Positions 25,184 through 38,596 of a DNA stretch of 64,000 bases are shown here, piece after piece. Position numbers and translations under genes: made by a program. The notes under the pieces are model-generated. The model was not told where the DNA came from. It saw only the letters and a list, made by a program, of their open reading frames with translations, and ran no database searches. Each line of letters starts with the position of its first letter. The stretch's first letter is position 1. This DNA is from Squalus acanthias (lineage: Eukaryota). Location: positions 496,001 through 560,000 of the forward strand of contig JASTWF010000070.1 in the NCBI GenBank assembly GCA_030390025.1. Reading direction: 5' to 3'.

Positions 25184-25984
25184 GTAAGTAAGTTCATTGA
25201 ACCTGTTGCAATAATATACAGGAACTTGATGATTTCTGGGATGGGTCCAAAATGCGGGATATTTCACGCAGTTGGCATTGAGCAGGTCATTGTGCAGATC
25301 ATCTTAATTTGCAGCGAATCCCACTAGTTGCTCCAACTGGAAACAGAAAATACACCGCAGCCCTCTTCCCATCTGATAATAGGAAGGATGGGTTAATGTT
25401 CCGGGTAGAATGCCTTCACCAGACTGTACTGCGGATTTTCAGCAGTTTCTGTTTCTATTTCAGATTTCCAGCTTTTTGTTATTTTCTATTATTTTTTTCT
25501 CTACATTGAGTCCATGTCCACTCACCCCACAACCCCCAGCTCACCCCCACCCCCGCTCCCCGCACACCCCCACCCCGCCAATCCGGCGGAGATACTGTTT
25601 TTAATACATTAGCACAGTAATTATTATGAAGATTCAGAAATAAGACGACACTCAGGATAGTTTCACAGTTAAATCAAAATATGTTTCTATGGTAAGTCGG
25701 CAAAGAAGGAAACAGTTTGGATAGAAGGTGATTGTGTGTGTGTGCGTATGAGAGTGCGTGTGAGTGTGTAACTGTGAGTGGGTGTGTGTGCGTGTGACTG
25801 TGTGTGTACATGTGAGAGTGCATGAGTGTGGGAGTGTCTGTGAGTGTGAGCGTGTAAGTGAGTGTGCGTGCGTAAGATTGTCAACCTGGCTCATTGGGTA
25901 GCACTCTCGCCTTTGGGTCCGTAGGTCATGGGTTCAAGTCCCACTCCAAGAGACTTGCGCAAAAAAATCTAGGTTGATGCTCCC

Positions 25985-26290
25985 AGTGCGGAACTGAGAG
26001 AGTGCCGCACTGTCGGAGGGGCAGTACTTAGGGAGCGCCGCACTGTCGGAGGGGCAGTACTGAGGGAGCGCCGCACTGTCGGAGGGGCAGTACTGAGGGA
26101 GCACTGCACTGTTGGAGGGGCAGTACTGAGGGAGCGCCGCACTGTCGGAGGGGCAGTACTGAGGGAGCGCCGCACTGTCGGAGGGGCAGTACTGAGGGAG
26201 CGCCGCACTGTCGGAGGGGCGGTACTGAGGGAGCGCCGCACTGTTGGAGGGGCAGTACTGAGGGAGCGCTGCACTGTCGCAGGTGCCGTC
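25985..26290 (+). repeat. 33-bp minisatellite (~9 units) inside a SINE
   Basis: Unit gagggagcgccgcactgtcggaggggcagtact; produces spurious 11-aa repeat ORFs. Confidence 0.9.
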
Positions 26291-26994
26291 TTTCAGATGA
26301 GATGTTCAATTGAGGCCGGAATGTGGACGGAAAAGAACTCACGCCACTATCTCGAAGAAGAGCAGAGAGTTCTCCCTGGTGTCCTGGGCCATATTTATCC
26401 CTCAACCAACATCACTAAAAAACAGATGATCTGGTCATTATCCCATGGCTGTTTGAGGGAGCTTGCTGTGCGCAGTTTGGCTGCCACGTGTCCTACAGTG
26501 ACTACACTTCAAAAGTATGTATTTGGCTGTAAAGCGCTTTGGGAGGTGCTAAGGTCATGAAAGGTGCTGTAGAAATGAAAGTATTTCTTTCTTTATGATG
26601 TGTGATGGCGTGTGTGTGTGATACTGTATGGGTATGATTGATTGTGTGTGTGTCATTGAGTGTGAGTGTATTTGAGTGTGTTTAATTGAGTGTGTGTGTG
26701 TGATTCTGTGTGGGTATGATTGATTGTGTGTGTGTCTATGAGTGTGAGTGTATTTGAGTGTGTGTATCTGTGTGTAATTGAATGTGTGTGTGTGATTCTG
26801 CCTGGGCATGATTGATTGTGTGTGTGTGTGTGTGTGTGTGATTGAGTGACTGTGTGTGTAAATTTGTCTGGGTGTGATTGATTGTGTATGTGTGTGTGTG
26901 TGTGATTGAGTGTCTGTGTGTATGTGATTATGTCTGGGTATGAATGATTGTGTGTGTGTGTGTGAGTGATTGAGTGTCTGTGTGTGTGTTAGTA

Positions 26995-29900
26995 AGAACA
27001 CAAGAACATAAGAAATAGGAGCAGGAGTAGGCCAATTGGCCCCTCGAGCCTGCTCCGCCATTCAATAAGATCATGGCTGATCTGATCCCAACCGCCAATC
27101 TACTATCACAGAACCATCTCCTGAACCCAACAGAATTGGACACACGAAATAGGAGCAGGATCAGGCTACACGGCCCCTGGGCCCGCCACGCCACCCACAG
27201 GGCCATGACCGATCCGAACCCAGACTCATGTCCAAATTCCTACCCGCTCCCCGTAAACCTTAATTCCCTTTACTTCGAGGAAACTGTCTATTTCTGTTTT
27301 AAATTTATGTAATGATGTAGCTTCTTCAGCTTTTTGGGGCAGCATATTCCATGGACCTACCACCCTCTGAGTGAAGTAGTTCCTTCTCATCTCAGTTTTG
27401 AAAGAGCAGCCCCTTATTCTAAGACTATGCCCCCTAGTTCTAGTTTCACCCATCATCGGGAACATCCTCCCCGCATCCACCCGATCCAACACCTTCACAA
27501 TCTTATATGTTTCAATAAGATCGCCTCTCATTCTTCTGAACTCCAATGAGTAGAGTCCCAATCTACCCAAACTCTCCTCATATGTCCATCCCCTCATCCC
27601 CGGGATTAACCGAGTCAACATTCTTTGTACTGACTCGAGAGCAAGTATGTCTTTTCTTAAGTATGGACACCAAAACTGTATGCAGTATTCCAGGTGCGGT
27701 CTAACCAATACCCTGTACAACTGAAGCAATACCTCTCTATTTTTATATTCTATCCCCCTAGCAATGAAAGCCAACATTCCATTGGCCTTCTTGATCACTT
27801 GCTGCACCTGCATACTAACCTTTTGAGTTTCGTGCACCAGGACCCCCAGATCCCTTTGTACTTCAGTACTTTCCAGTTTCTTGCCATTAAGATAATAACT
27901 TGCTCTATTATTTTTCCTGCCAAAGTGCATAACCTCACACTTTCCAGTATTGTATTCCATCTGCCAAATCTCTGCCCACTTACTTAGCCTGTCTATGTCC
28001 CCTTGCAGATTTTTTATGTCCTCCTCACTCACTACTTTCCCTCCCATCTTTGTATCATCTGCAAACTTTGATATGTTACACTCGGTCCCCTCCTCCAAAT
28101 CGTTAATATAGATTGTAAAGAGTTGGGGACCCAGCACTGACCCCTGCGGAACACCACTAGTTACTGATTGCCAGTCTGAGAATGAACCATTTATCCCAAC
28201 TCGCTGCCTTCTGTTAGATAGCTAATCCTCTATCCATGCCAGAATATTACCCCCAATCCCGTGATTTTTTATCTTAAGCAATAATCTTTTGTGTGGCACC
28301 TTGTCAAATGCCCTTTGGAAGTCTAAATACACCACATCCACTGGTTCCCCTTTATCCACCCTGTATGTTACTTCCTCAAAGAACTCCAGCAAATTTGTCA
28401 AACATGACTTCCCCTTCATAAAACCATGCTGACTTTGTCCTATTAAATTATGATTATCCAAATGTCCCGTTACTGTCTCCTTAATAATGGACTCCAAAAT
28501 TTTACCTACCACAGATGTTAGGCTAACTGGTCTATAGTTTCCAGCCTTCTGTCTACTGCCCTTTTTAAATAAGGGTGTTACATTAGCAGTTTTCCAGTCT
28601 GCTGGGATCTTTGCTGAGTCCAGGGAGTTTTGGAAAATTATTACCAATGCATCCACAATCCCTACCGCCACTTCCCTCAAGACCCTAGGATGTAAGCCAT
28701 CAGGTCCAGGTGATTTATCCGCCTTGAGTCCCATTATTTTACCGAGTACCACTTCCTTAGTGATTTTGATCGTGTTTAGCTCCTCCCCCCTTATAGCCCC
28801 CTGTTTGTCCAGTGTTGGGATATTCTTAGTGTCATCTACTGTAAAGACTGATACAAAATATCCATTCAGTGTATTCGCCATCTCCATATTTCCCACCATT
28901 AATTTCCCGGTCTCATCCTCTAGACACCCTTTTTCTTTTTATATAACTATAAAAACTCTTACTATCTGTTTTTATATTTTTTGCTAATTTACTTTCATAA
29001 TCTATCTTCCCTTTCTTAATCAATCTTTTTGTTATTTTTTGCTGTCTTTTAAAGTTTTCCCAATCCTCTATCCTCCCACTAGATTCGGCTACCTTCTAGA
29101 CCCTTGTTTTTAGTCGAATACTATCCTTAATTTATTTACTTAGACACAGATGACTGTCTTTTCTTTTACACCCTTTTCTTCTCAGTGGAATATATATTTT
29201 TTGGAAGTTGTAATATAACTCCTTCAATGTACACCACTGATCATGTATCGTCTTACCCTTTAATCTATTTTCCCAATCCACTCTACTCAATACCGCTCGC
29301 ATACCTTCTTAGTCTCCTTTATTCAAGCATAGCACGCTTGTTTGAGATCCAACCTTCTCACCCTCTAATTGAATATGGAATTCAACCATGTTATGGTCAC
29401 TCATTCCAATGGGATCCTTTACTAGGACATTTTTTATTAATCCTGTCTCGTTACATAGGACCAGATCTAAGGTTGCTTGCCCCCTGGTCGCTTCAGTTAC
29501 ATTCTGCTCAAGAAACCCATCCTAATACACTCAATTAACTCATCCTCAAGGCAGCCCTGCCCAATTTGATTTGTCCAATTAATATGATAGTTAAAATCCC
29601 CCATAATTAAAGATGTTCCCTTATTACAAGCCTCAACTATTTCCTGATTGATACTCCGTCCAACAGAGTTGCAACTGTTCGGAGGCCTATAGACTACGCC
29701 CACTAGTGTTTTTTCCCCTTATTATTCCTTATCACCACCCAAACTGTTTCATTATCCTGATCTTTTGACCCAATATCATTTCTCTGTATTACAGTGATTC
29801 GTTCCTTTATTAACATAGCCACCCCACCTCCCCTTCCTTCCTGCCTGTCCTTCCTGATCGCTAAATAACCTGCTATGTTTAAGTCCCAGGCATTGTCACC

Positions 29901-30380
29901 CTGCAGCCATGTTTCCGTAATGGCCACAAGATCATACCCATATGTAATCATTTGTGCCATTAACTCGTCTATTTTGTTACGAATGCTACGTGCATTCAGA
30001 CAGAGAACTTTCAAATATGTTTTGTGACACTTAGTTCCTGCTTTTGCCATTTTTATTACTTTACCTTTTACTCCATATCTTCTGCCCCTTCCTGGCACAC
30101 TCTGGTTTTTAATTTCTCCACTGCTACCTAAGTCTATGACCTTCTCTGTTGTCATTTTTTATTATTTGCTCTCTAGGAACGTCTCCCCCACTAGTTAGTT
30201 TAAAGCCCTCTCTACAGCCCTAGTTATCTGATCCGCCAGGACTCTAGTCCCATCACTGGGCAAGTGAAGCCCGTCCCAATGGAACAGCTCCATCCTGCCC
30301 CAGTACTGGTGCCAGTGTCCCAGGAAGCAAAACCCATTTCTCCCACACCAGTCTTTGAGCCACTCATTTAACTCTCTATT
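26995..30380 (-). mobile_element. Long CR1 LINE (ORF1 C-terminus, endonuclease, RT) within a TG-rich tract in the last intron of gene A
   Basis: EN start LKVLCLNARSIRNK...AITETWL; GDFN; RT motifs NYRPVSLTS and KFADDTK; upstream LFHWDGLHL (esterase-like ORF1 end). Stops and frameshifts present; TG repeats at 26600-26990 and 30385-30550. Confidence 0.93.
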
Positions 30381-30399
30381 CTGTCTGGGTGTGATTGAT

Positions 30400-30445
<46 letters not shown>

Positions 30446-30889
30446 AGAGTGTTATTCTGTCTGGGTATTATTGATTGTGTGTGTGTGAGTGATTGAGTGT
30501 ATGTGTGTGTGTGATTCTGTCTGGGTATGATTGATTGTGTGTGAGTGATTGTGATCTATGTAACCTTGTAGATGGCGCATGGCAAAACATGACCGTCTGA
30601 TTGGATTGTTTTTGATGTGTCTATCCTATCAAACAGATAGACTCATCATCCCAGTTTCCTGATTAAATGTTGGTGATTTCTGGGTTCAGCTGCTTTAAGA
30701 GTTGTGCTCCTCTGTGTGTTAAAACATTAATTCAGACAGTTCTTGTGTGGACATATTAAGCAAATTCTCAAATTTAGAAAGCGGGTGATGGAAGCAGATT
30801 CAATGCTTAATTTCAAAAGCGAATTGGATAAATACTCGAAGGATAAAAATGTGCAAGTCTGTGGGGAAAAGCAGGGAGAGTGGGACTAA

Positions 30890-31820
30890 TTGGATAGAGT
30901 GGGCAGTAAGTTGGCAGATGAAGTATACTGTAGGGAAATGTGAGGTTATTCACTTTGGTAGGAAGAATCGAAAAACAGTATATTTTTTAAATGGTGAGAA
31001 ACTTTTAAATGTTTGTGTTGAGAGAGAATTGGATGTCCTCGTGCAAGAAACACAGAAAGCTAGCATGCAGGTATAGCATGTAATAAGGAAGGCAAATGGC
31101 ATGTTGTTTTTACTGCAAGGGAGTAGGAGTATAAGAGTAAGGAGGTCTTGCTACAATTATACAGGGCCTTCGTGAGACAACACCTGGAGTACTGTGCACA
31201 GTTTTGGTCTCCTTATCTTAGGAAAGATGTACTTGCCTTGGAGGCGGTGCAACAAAGGTTAACTAGATTGATTCCTGGGATGAGAGGGCTGTCTTATGAT
31301 GAGAGATTGTGTAGATTGGGCCTATTCTCTCTGGAGTTTAGAAGAAAGAGAGGTGATCTCATTGAAACATACAAGATACTGAAGGGGGTTGAAAGGGTAG
31401 ATGCTGAGAAGCTGTTTCCCCTGGCTGGCATGTCTAGAACTAGGGGACATAATCTCAGGATAAGGGGTAGGCCATTTAAGACGAAGATTAGGAGGAATTT
31501 CTTCACTCAGAGGGTTGAGAATCTTTGGAATTCTCTGCCCCAGAGGCCTGTGGATGCTCAGTCTTTGAGTATATTCAAGACTGAGATAGATAGATTTTTG
31601 GACTCTAGGGGAATCAAGGAATATGGCGATCGAGTAGGAAAGAGGAGTTGAAGTCGATGATCAGCCATGATCTTATTGAATGGCGGAGCAGGCTCGAGGG
31701 GCCGTATGGCATACTCCTGCTCCTAATTCCTATGTTCTTATGATCTTTCAAAGAGCCAGCACAGGCACGATGGACCGAATGGCCTGCTTCTGTGCTGCAT
31801 CGTTCTATGATTCCATGAAA
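30890..31820 (+). mobile_element. CR1 LINE 3' fragment
   Basis: LEYCAQFWSPYLRKD...RNFFTQRV. Confidence 0.88.
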
Positions 31821-31899
31821 CGCGACTGCAGGACGAGATAGTTTGAACTACCTTTAAATATCTTGAAATGTCAATGTTTAATATATTTTCCTGTCTCAG

Positions 31900-31986
31900 G
31901 GCGGCACTCGAGACCGGATACTTTACGCCTCTCTGGAATTTGCTGCCTCGGAAAAGTCATCAAAAAAGAAGGCGGGTCGCGGATGA
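31900..31986 (+). CDS. Gene A terminal exon with ITIM (ILYASL)
   Basis: ttttcctgtctcag| then GGTRDRILYASLEFAASEKSSKKKAGRG*. Phase 0; AATAAA near 32321. A decayed copy lies at ~15400-15545. Confidence 0.8.
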   Translation, partial: GGTRDRILYASLEFAASEKSSKKKAGRG

Positions 31987-34900
31987 GAACCCGGAGGGTT
32001 TCTATCGGATGGATGCGGGAGGAGATCAGGACTTACAAAAGAACCCACAGCCGGCGGGAAAAAGAATGGAGCCACGGAGACTCCCGTCAAACATCCAAAC
32101 TATCTCCCTGCACTCGCCAGAGTTTGCAAAGACTCTTTCTATTCAATGTAAACGAACGTGCTTTGAGTATTGTAAAGATATTCCATTGCTCAAGTGTAAT
32201 TCAAGTGTGAGACCAACATTAAGAGCAGGGACTTCTCGGTTTGGTCTTTCTCTGAACCTTTCCTGCTCATCCTGCAGCTCCAGTTAGTAACAAATTTTTT
32301 TTTCCAAATGCTTGTGTATAAATAAAATAAATTATTCTTCGAATGTAACGATGCACGAGAGGTTCCTATCGATCAATACTTCACTTATAATAAAATGTGA
32401 TCAGGATAAAACTTCAATGACTATTGAACTGACAATATCGGTCCTGAATTGAGATACTGTTAGTGGCGGTATCCTCTGTCTGAGAAGCCAGAGGCTTAAT
32501 CATTTACAGACTAAGAGCACCACAGGAGAGAATCGCGGGCAGAAATGCGGGAATTGTGCCTGGTTCCATTTTACCTTTGGGGTAGTGTGTTTTGCTGTGT
32601 GTAGTAATGTCAAAACTACATGTCAGAGACAGATGGTGAGTGTAGCGTGGATTGGGAGGAATGGGTGACTTTGGACCTGTGGTTTCCTAAAGCTCTCCAC
32701 CACTGGAGGTTTGCTCACGTCAGATCTGGGTCTCTTGTAGATTCGTGGATATGGATGGATTGCCATGACAACCGCATTATCATTGTATCATGCGATTACC
32801 AGGATGGTAGAAGGTATGGCAACTGGCATGTTGGCCTTTATTGCACGGGGGTTGGAGTATAAGAGTAAGGAAGGACCTTGGCCCTTTCTCGTCTAGCAAT
32901 TCCTATGTTCAAGATCCCAGGTTTGCACAATTTTGGGAGAAGATATTCAACCAGAGACAGGATTGCACCATAGGTGGTTATTTTGCTTTATCCATCAGGG
33001 TCAGATCAGTCTAAGTATTCCCCTTCTGATTACTTTGGAATCAGCATGTACAACCGAATGAGATTCAGGAGCAACAAAAACAGTTCCTGACAAAGACCCT
33101 TTCAAATCAATCTCTCAGAAACTGTCCAATAAATTACATGAGGATTTGAATAAATTCCTAACAACCGTTTTCTAATTAATGATAATTTATATTGTAGGGT
33201 TCTATAAAACTGATCTAAGTTCACCAGGACGATACTGGGGCAAAAATGGTAACATTCTAAGGGCAGGTTGCATAGACAAGCCTTATATTCTCCAGAGTTG
33301 AGAAGATTAAGGGGTGATCTATTTGAGGTGTTTAAGATGATTAAAGGATTCGATGGGGTAGATAGAGAGAAACTATTTCCTCTGGTGGGGGGAGTCCAGA
33401 ACAAGGGGCCGTCACCTTAAAAGTAGAGCCAGGCCATTCAGGGGTGATGTCAGGAAGCACTTCTTCACACAAAGGGTGGTGGAAATCTGGAATTCTCTCT
33501 CCATAAAAGGTATAGAGGCTGGGGGTCAATTGAAATTTTCAAAACTGAGGTTGATAGATTTTTGCTGGGCAAGGTTATTAAGCGTTATGCAACCAAGGCG
33601 GGTAGATAGAGTTAACCTACAGGTCAGCTTAAAGGCCTCTGTCAGGTCACCACTCTGTCTTCTCTTTTTAAGAGAAATGTGACTCTGCCTGTTCAATCTT
33701 TCCTGATGTGTATAACGCCTTAGTTCTGTATCATCCTTGTACAGCTTTTTTGCACCTTCTCCAGTGCCTCTATATCCTTTTTATAATATGGAGACCAGAA
33801 ATGTGCGCAGTGCTCCAAGTGTGGTCTAACCAAGGTTCAATACAAGTTCAACACAACTTCGCTGCTTTTCAATTCTATCCCTCCAGAAATTAACCCCAGT
33901 GCTTCTTTTGCTTGTTTTAATGGCCTTATTAACCTGTGTCGCTAATTTTAGTGATTTGTGTACCTGCACCCCAGATCCTCTACCCCATTTGAAAACTTAT
34001 TTTCTAAGAACTAACGGATACTAATTGTGGGCAAAAGCCACCATAAATTTGCTGAAGAAATCACTTAACTGCATTATTAAAAAAGAGCAGATGGATTTAA
34101 AATAATTTACTTTCAGCGGTAAATGTGACAGAGTTCTCTCCCAGATCAGAAACAGAGAAAGCTCGGGGTCCATTTACACAAGAACATAAGAAATAGGAGC
34201 AGGAGTCGGCCAAGCGGCCCTTCCAGCCGGCTTCGCCATTCAATATGATCATGGCTGATCTTCTACCTCATCTCCACTTTCCTGCACTATCCCCATATCC
34301 CTTGATTCCCTAGAGTACAAAAATCTATCGCTCTCTGTCTTGAATATACTCAACGACTGAGCCTCCACAACCCTCTGGGGTAGAGAATTCCAAAGATTCA
34401 TCACCCTCTGAGTGAAGAAGTTTCTCCTCATCCCAGTCCTAAATGGCCGACCCCTTATTCTGAGACTGTGACTCCTGGTTCTAGATTCCCCAGCCAGGGG
34501 AAACATGCTCCCTGCATCTAACCTGTCAAGCCCTGCAAGAATTTTGTATGTTTCAATGAGATCACCTCTCATTCTTCTAAACTCCAGCTTTAATATCAAT
34601 GCAGCCTAAATCCGGAGGCAGTGCCAAAGCTGCCCAGTCGGTCCTGAGCCCCACTTTTGAACGGCACACATTTACTCTATAAATGTGCATTGCAAAATGC
34701 CATTAAAGGAACACTGAGCGCATCTGGACTGAAGGATCAAAGGGCTGGAATCACAAACACAATGCTAGAGTTTGAAAACCTGTTTTATTGTATTTGTAAC
34801 TTGAACACTGATGCATTGTAAAGATTATTTGAATTATATCGTGCTCGCATACAAAGACGCGAAATAAATCTATAAACGTCAATACAAGAGAGGAGAAACA

Positions 34901-35506
34901 TGTCGAGATTGAACCGAAACTGCAGGCGGTGTGTCATCTTAAGAATAGCAGACGATGCGTAAGAGAGAATTTAAATATGTTTAGAATTTCCTCTTTGGGA
35001 CAAATTTCCCATTTGCAAAATGCGCTTGAAATTGCGCCGGTTACGTTCGGCGTTAAGACTCTCCAGTAGGCGATATGCCGCTTCTGCATTGGTCAGTCTC
35101 TCTTCCGAATGAGGGTTAATTATTGATAAATGCGCATCAAGTCGATAAGAGAACGTGAGATCGCCGCAGTGAGACGTCAACGAAGATAGCAGTTGAACCC
35201 TTTAGCTGCACGCCACTGCTTCCAATAGTCGCATTTCTGCGGTGCTTTGGGACTTGAACCCGGCGTATCAAAGTCTCTCGGAAGGGTTCACACCTCAGGG
35301 CTCTACTGCGCCGGTTGTTCTTCTGAATGAGATTGCCAATTTCCTGTCAATGGATCCCAAAAGCACGCGGAAGCGGCACACAATTGTGCAACAGGAGGCT
35401 TGAATTGTTACTGAGCAGCGGGTCTAACTGATCCCACAATGAGAGCAAAGCAGAGGGAACTTTCCACAACAGGTCATATCCGGCAGGCGCTCGCTTTCTT
35501 TTCCCG

Positions 35507-35551
35507 TCAGAGGGTCGGGACCGCATTAAACGCCAGGTGGGCGTAAAGAGT
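35507..35551 (-). CDS. Gene B terminal exon with tyrosine motif TLYAHL
   Basis: ttttctctcatag| then TLYAHLAFNAVPTL*. Phase 0; parallels the LYASLEF of gene A. Confidence 0.75.
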   Translation of the reverse strand, partial: TLYAHLAFNAVPTL

Positions 35552-36289
35552 CTATGAGAGAAAACAGAAACCATTATCATGGCCCACATCATCATCATAG
35601 GAACAGAGGGACAGGAGGAGGCTATTCAGCCCATCGAGCCTGTTCCGCCATTCAGTCAGATCATGGCTGATCTGTATCTTAACTCCATCTACCCGCCTTG
35701 GTTGCCTACCCCTTAATCCCCTTACCCAACAAGAATCTATCAAAATTCTCTCAGTTTTGTAATTTCCAATTGACCCCCCCAGCCTCAGCAGCCTTTGGGG
35801 GGAGAGAGTTCCAGATTTCCACCGCCCTTTGTGTGAAGAAGTGTTTCCTCACATCACCCCTGAACGGCCTGGCTCTAATTTTAAGGTGATGCCGCCCTTG
35901 TTCTGGACTCCCCCCACCAGAGGAAATTGTTTCTCTCTGTCTACCCCATCGAATCTTTAATCATCTTAAACACCACAATTAGATCACCGCTTAATATTCT
36001 ATACTTGAGGGAATACAGCCCGAGTCTGTGCAACCTGTCCTCGTAATTTAACCCTTTTAGTCCCGGGTATCATTCTGGTGAATCATTATTCTGCAATTTC
36101 AAATATCCAGATCTATATTTTTTTAATCTCCGTTCGCAGTTTTACATAAAAGGAAAACAGTGCTATTCTGTAGTTCTCACTATGCAATGTTTTATAGACT
36201 AGTTTACTAGGAATCTTAAACATTGGTTTAAAATAAGTGCAAGGTATCAACATTTAAAGATCGCATGGATGAACTACAGAATTTGTTCA

Positions 36290-38365
36290 TACCTGTCTGG
36301 CATAAAAATAAAACAAAACAGGTGGTGCACCGTGGCTAACAAGGGAAATTAGGGATAGCATAAGATCCAAGGAGAGGACATATAAATTGGCCAGAAAAAG
36401 CAGCAAAACTGAGGATTGGGAGCAGTTTAGGATTCAGCAAAGGAGGACAAAAGGATTAATTAAGAGGGGGAAAATAGAGTATGAGAGTAAGCTTTCTGGG
36501 AACATAAAAACTGACTGTAAAAGCTTCTATAGAAATGTGAAGAGAAAAAGATTGGTGAAGTCAAGCGTAGGTCCCTTGCAGTCAGAATCAGGGAAATTTA
36601 TAATGGGGAACAAAGAAATGGCTGACCAATTAAATACATACTTTGGTTCTGTCTTCACAAAGAAGGACACAAATAACCTCCCAGTGATGTCGGGGAACAT
36701 AGGATCTAATGAGAGGGAGGAACTGAATGAAATCAGTATTTGTAGGGAAATAGTGTTAGGGAAATTGACGGGATTAAAGGCCGATAAATCCCCAGGGCCT
36801 GATAATCTACATTCTAGGGTACTTCGGGAAGTGGCCCAAGAAATAGTAGATGCATTGCTGGTCATCTTCCAAAATTCTATAGACTCTGGCACAGTTCCCA
36901 TGGATTGGAGGGTAGCTAATGTAACCCCACTATTTAAAAAAGGTGGCAGAGAGAAACCGTGGAATGGTGAGCCTGACATCAGTAGTGGGGAAAATGCTAG
37001 CGTCCATTATAAAAGATGTAATAGCAGAGCACTTGGAAAACAGTGACAGGATCGGACAAATCAATATGGATTTACAAACGGTAAATTGTGCTTGGCTAAT
37101 CTACTGGAATTTTTTGAGGATGTAACTGGTAGGATAGATAAGGGAGAACCAGTGGATGTGGTGTATTTGGACTTTCAGAAGGCTTTCGATAACGTCCCGC
37201 ATAAGAGATTAGCGTGTAAAGTTAAAGCACATGGAATTGGGGGTAAGGTACTGATTGGATAGAGAACTGGTTGGCAGACAGGAAGCAAAGAGTTGGAATA
37301 AACGGGTCTTTTTCCGAGTGGCAGGCAGTGACTAGTGGGGTACCGCAGGGATCGGTGCTAGGACCCCAGCTATTCACAATATATATGAATGATCTAGACG
37401 AGGCAACTAGATGTAATATCTCCAAGTTTGCAGACGACACAAAGCTGGGTGGACGTGTGTGCTGTGAGGAGGATGCCGAGAAACTCCAGTATGATTTGGA
37501 CAGGTTGGGTGATTGGGCAGATGCATGGCAGATGCAGTATAATGTGGATAAATTCGAGGTTATCAACTTGTGGCAAAAACAGGAAGGCAGATTATTATCT
37601 GAACGGCAATAGATTGGGAGAAGGGGAAGTGCAATGAGACCTGCGTGTCCTTGTGCACCAGTCGCTGAAGGTAAGCATGAAGGTGCAGCAGGCAGTTCAG
37701 AAGGCAAATGGTATGTTGGCCTTCATCGCGAGAGGATTCGAGTACAGGAGCAAGGATGTCTTGCTGCAGTTGTACAGGGCCTTGGTGAGAGTACACCTTG
37801 AGTACTGTGTGCAGTTTTGGTCGCCGTATCTGAGAAAGGATGTTCTTGCCATGGAGGGAGTGCAGCGACGATTCACCAGACTGATCCCTGGGATGGCAGG
37901 AATGACGTATGAAGAGAGATTGGGTCGATTGGGCTTCTATTCGCTGGAGTTTAGAAGAATGAGAGGGGACCTCATTGAAACTTATAAAATTCTACCAGGA
38001 CTAGACAGACTAGATGCAGGAAGGATGTTCCCGATGGCGTGGGAGCCCAGAACCAAGGGTCACAGTCGAAAGATAAGGGGTAAGCCATTTAGGACAGAGA
38101 TGAGGAGGAATTTCTTCACCCAGAGAGTGGTGAACCTGTGGAATTCTCTATCACAAAAGGCGGTTGAGGCCAATTCATAAAATATATTCAAGAAGGAGTT
38201 AGATATATTTCTTAAGGCTAAAGGGATCGAGGGATATGGGGAGAAAGCAGGGACAGGGTACTGAATTTGGATGATCAGCCATGATCTCATTGAATGGTGG
38301 AGCAGGCTCGAGGGGCCGAATGGCCTACTCCTGCTCCTATCTTCTATGTTTCTATGTTTCTATGT
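36290..38365 (+). mobile_element. 5'-truncated CR1 LINE in the last intron of gene B
   Basis: RT ORF fragments (SGVPQGSVLGP, KFADDTKLGG) and a (tttctatg)n tail. Confidence 0.92.
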
Positions 38366-38394
38366 TAAGCAAAAACAATTCTTTTCATATCTAC

Positions 38395-38453
38395 CTCCTT
38401 GTCTTGTGCACGTGATCTCGAATCGGTCAATTTCTGATCGCTGTTCGTGTTCC
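38395..38453 (-). CDS. Gene B cytoplasmic exon
   Basis: tctctttatatcag|, GNTNSDQKLTDSRSRAQDKE, |GTAGAT. Phase 1 to 0. Confidence 0.75.
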
Positions 38454-38596
38454 CTGATATAAAGAGAAACTTAATCTAAGTCTAAATGCACACATTTCAC
38501 ACTGAACCGGCCCACTAACATGTAATGAGCCAATGAAACAATAAATGGATTGATTGGGAGCGCCGTGGAGTTGGAGCGTCTCCCAACAACCGCTAC

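Larger units (their letters stand above)
21107..31986 (+). pseudogene. Gene A: non-rearranging VJ-C1-TM-ITIM receptor, disrupted in this assembly
   Basis: Exons 21107-21161 (L), 21797-22129 (VJ), 22220-22540 (C1), 24238-24339 (TM), 24438-24468 (micro-exon), 25134-25183, 31900-31986 (ITIM). All GT-AG; phases are compatible except the 31-nt micro-exon. In-frame TAA at 22015-22017. Confidence 0.85.

Noticed and set aside
25969-26405. Repeat-rich ORFs or a CRISPR-like array
   Set aside because: These are tandem 33-bp units without spacers, inside a SINE in eukaryotic DNA.
26555-27061. His/Thr-rich ORFs (also 25652-25894)
   Set aside because: These are translations of (TG)n/(CA)n microsatellite tracts.
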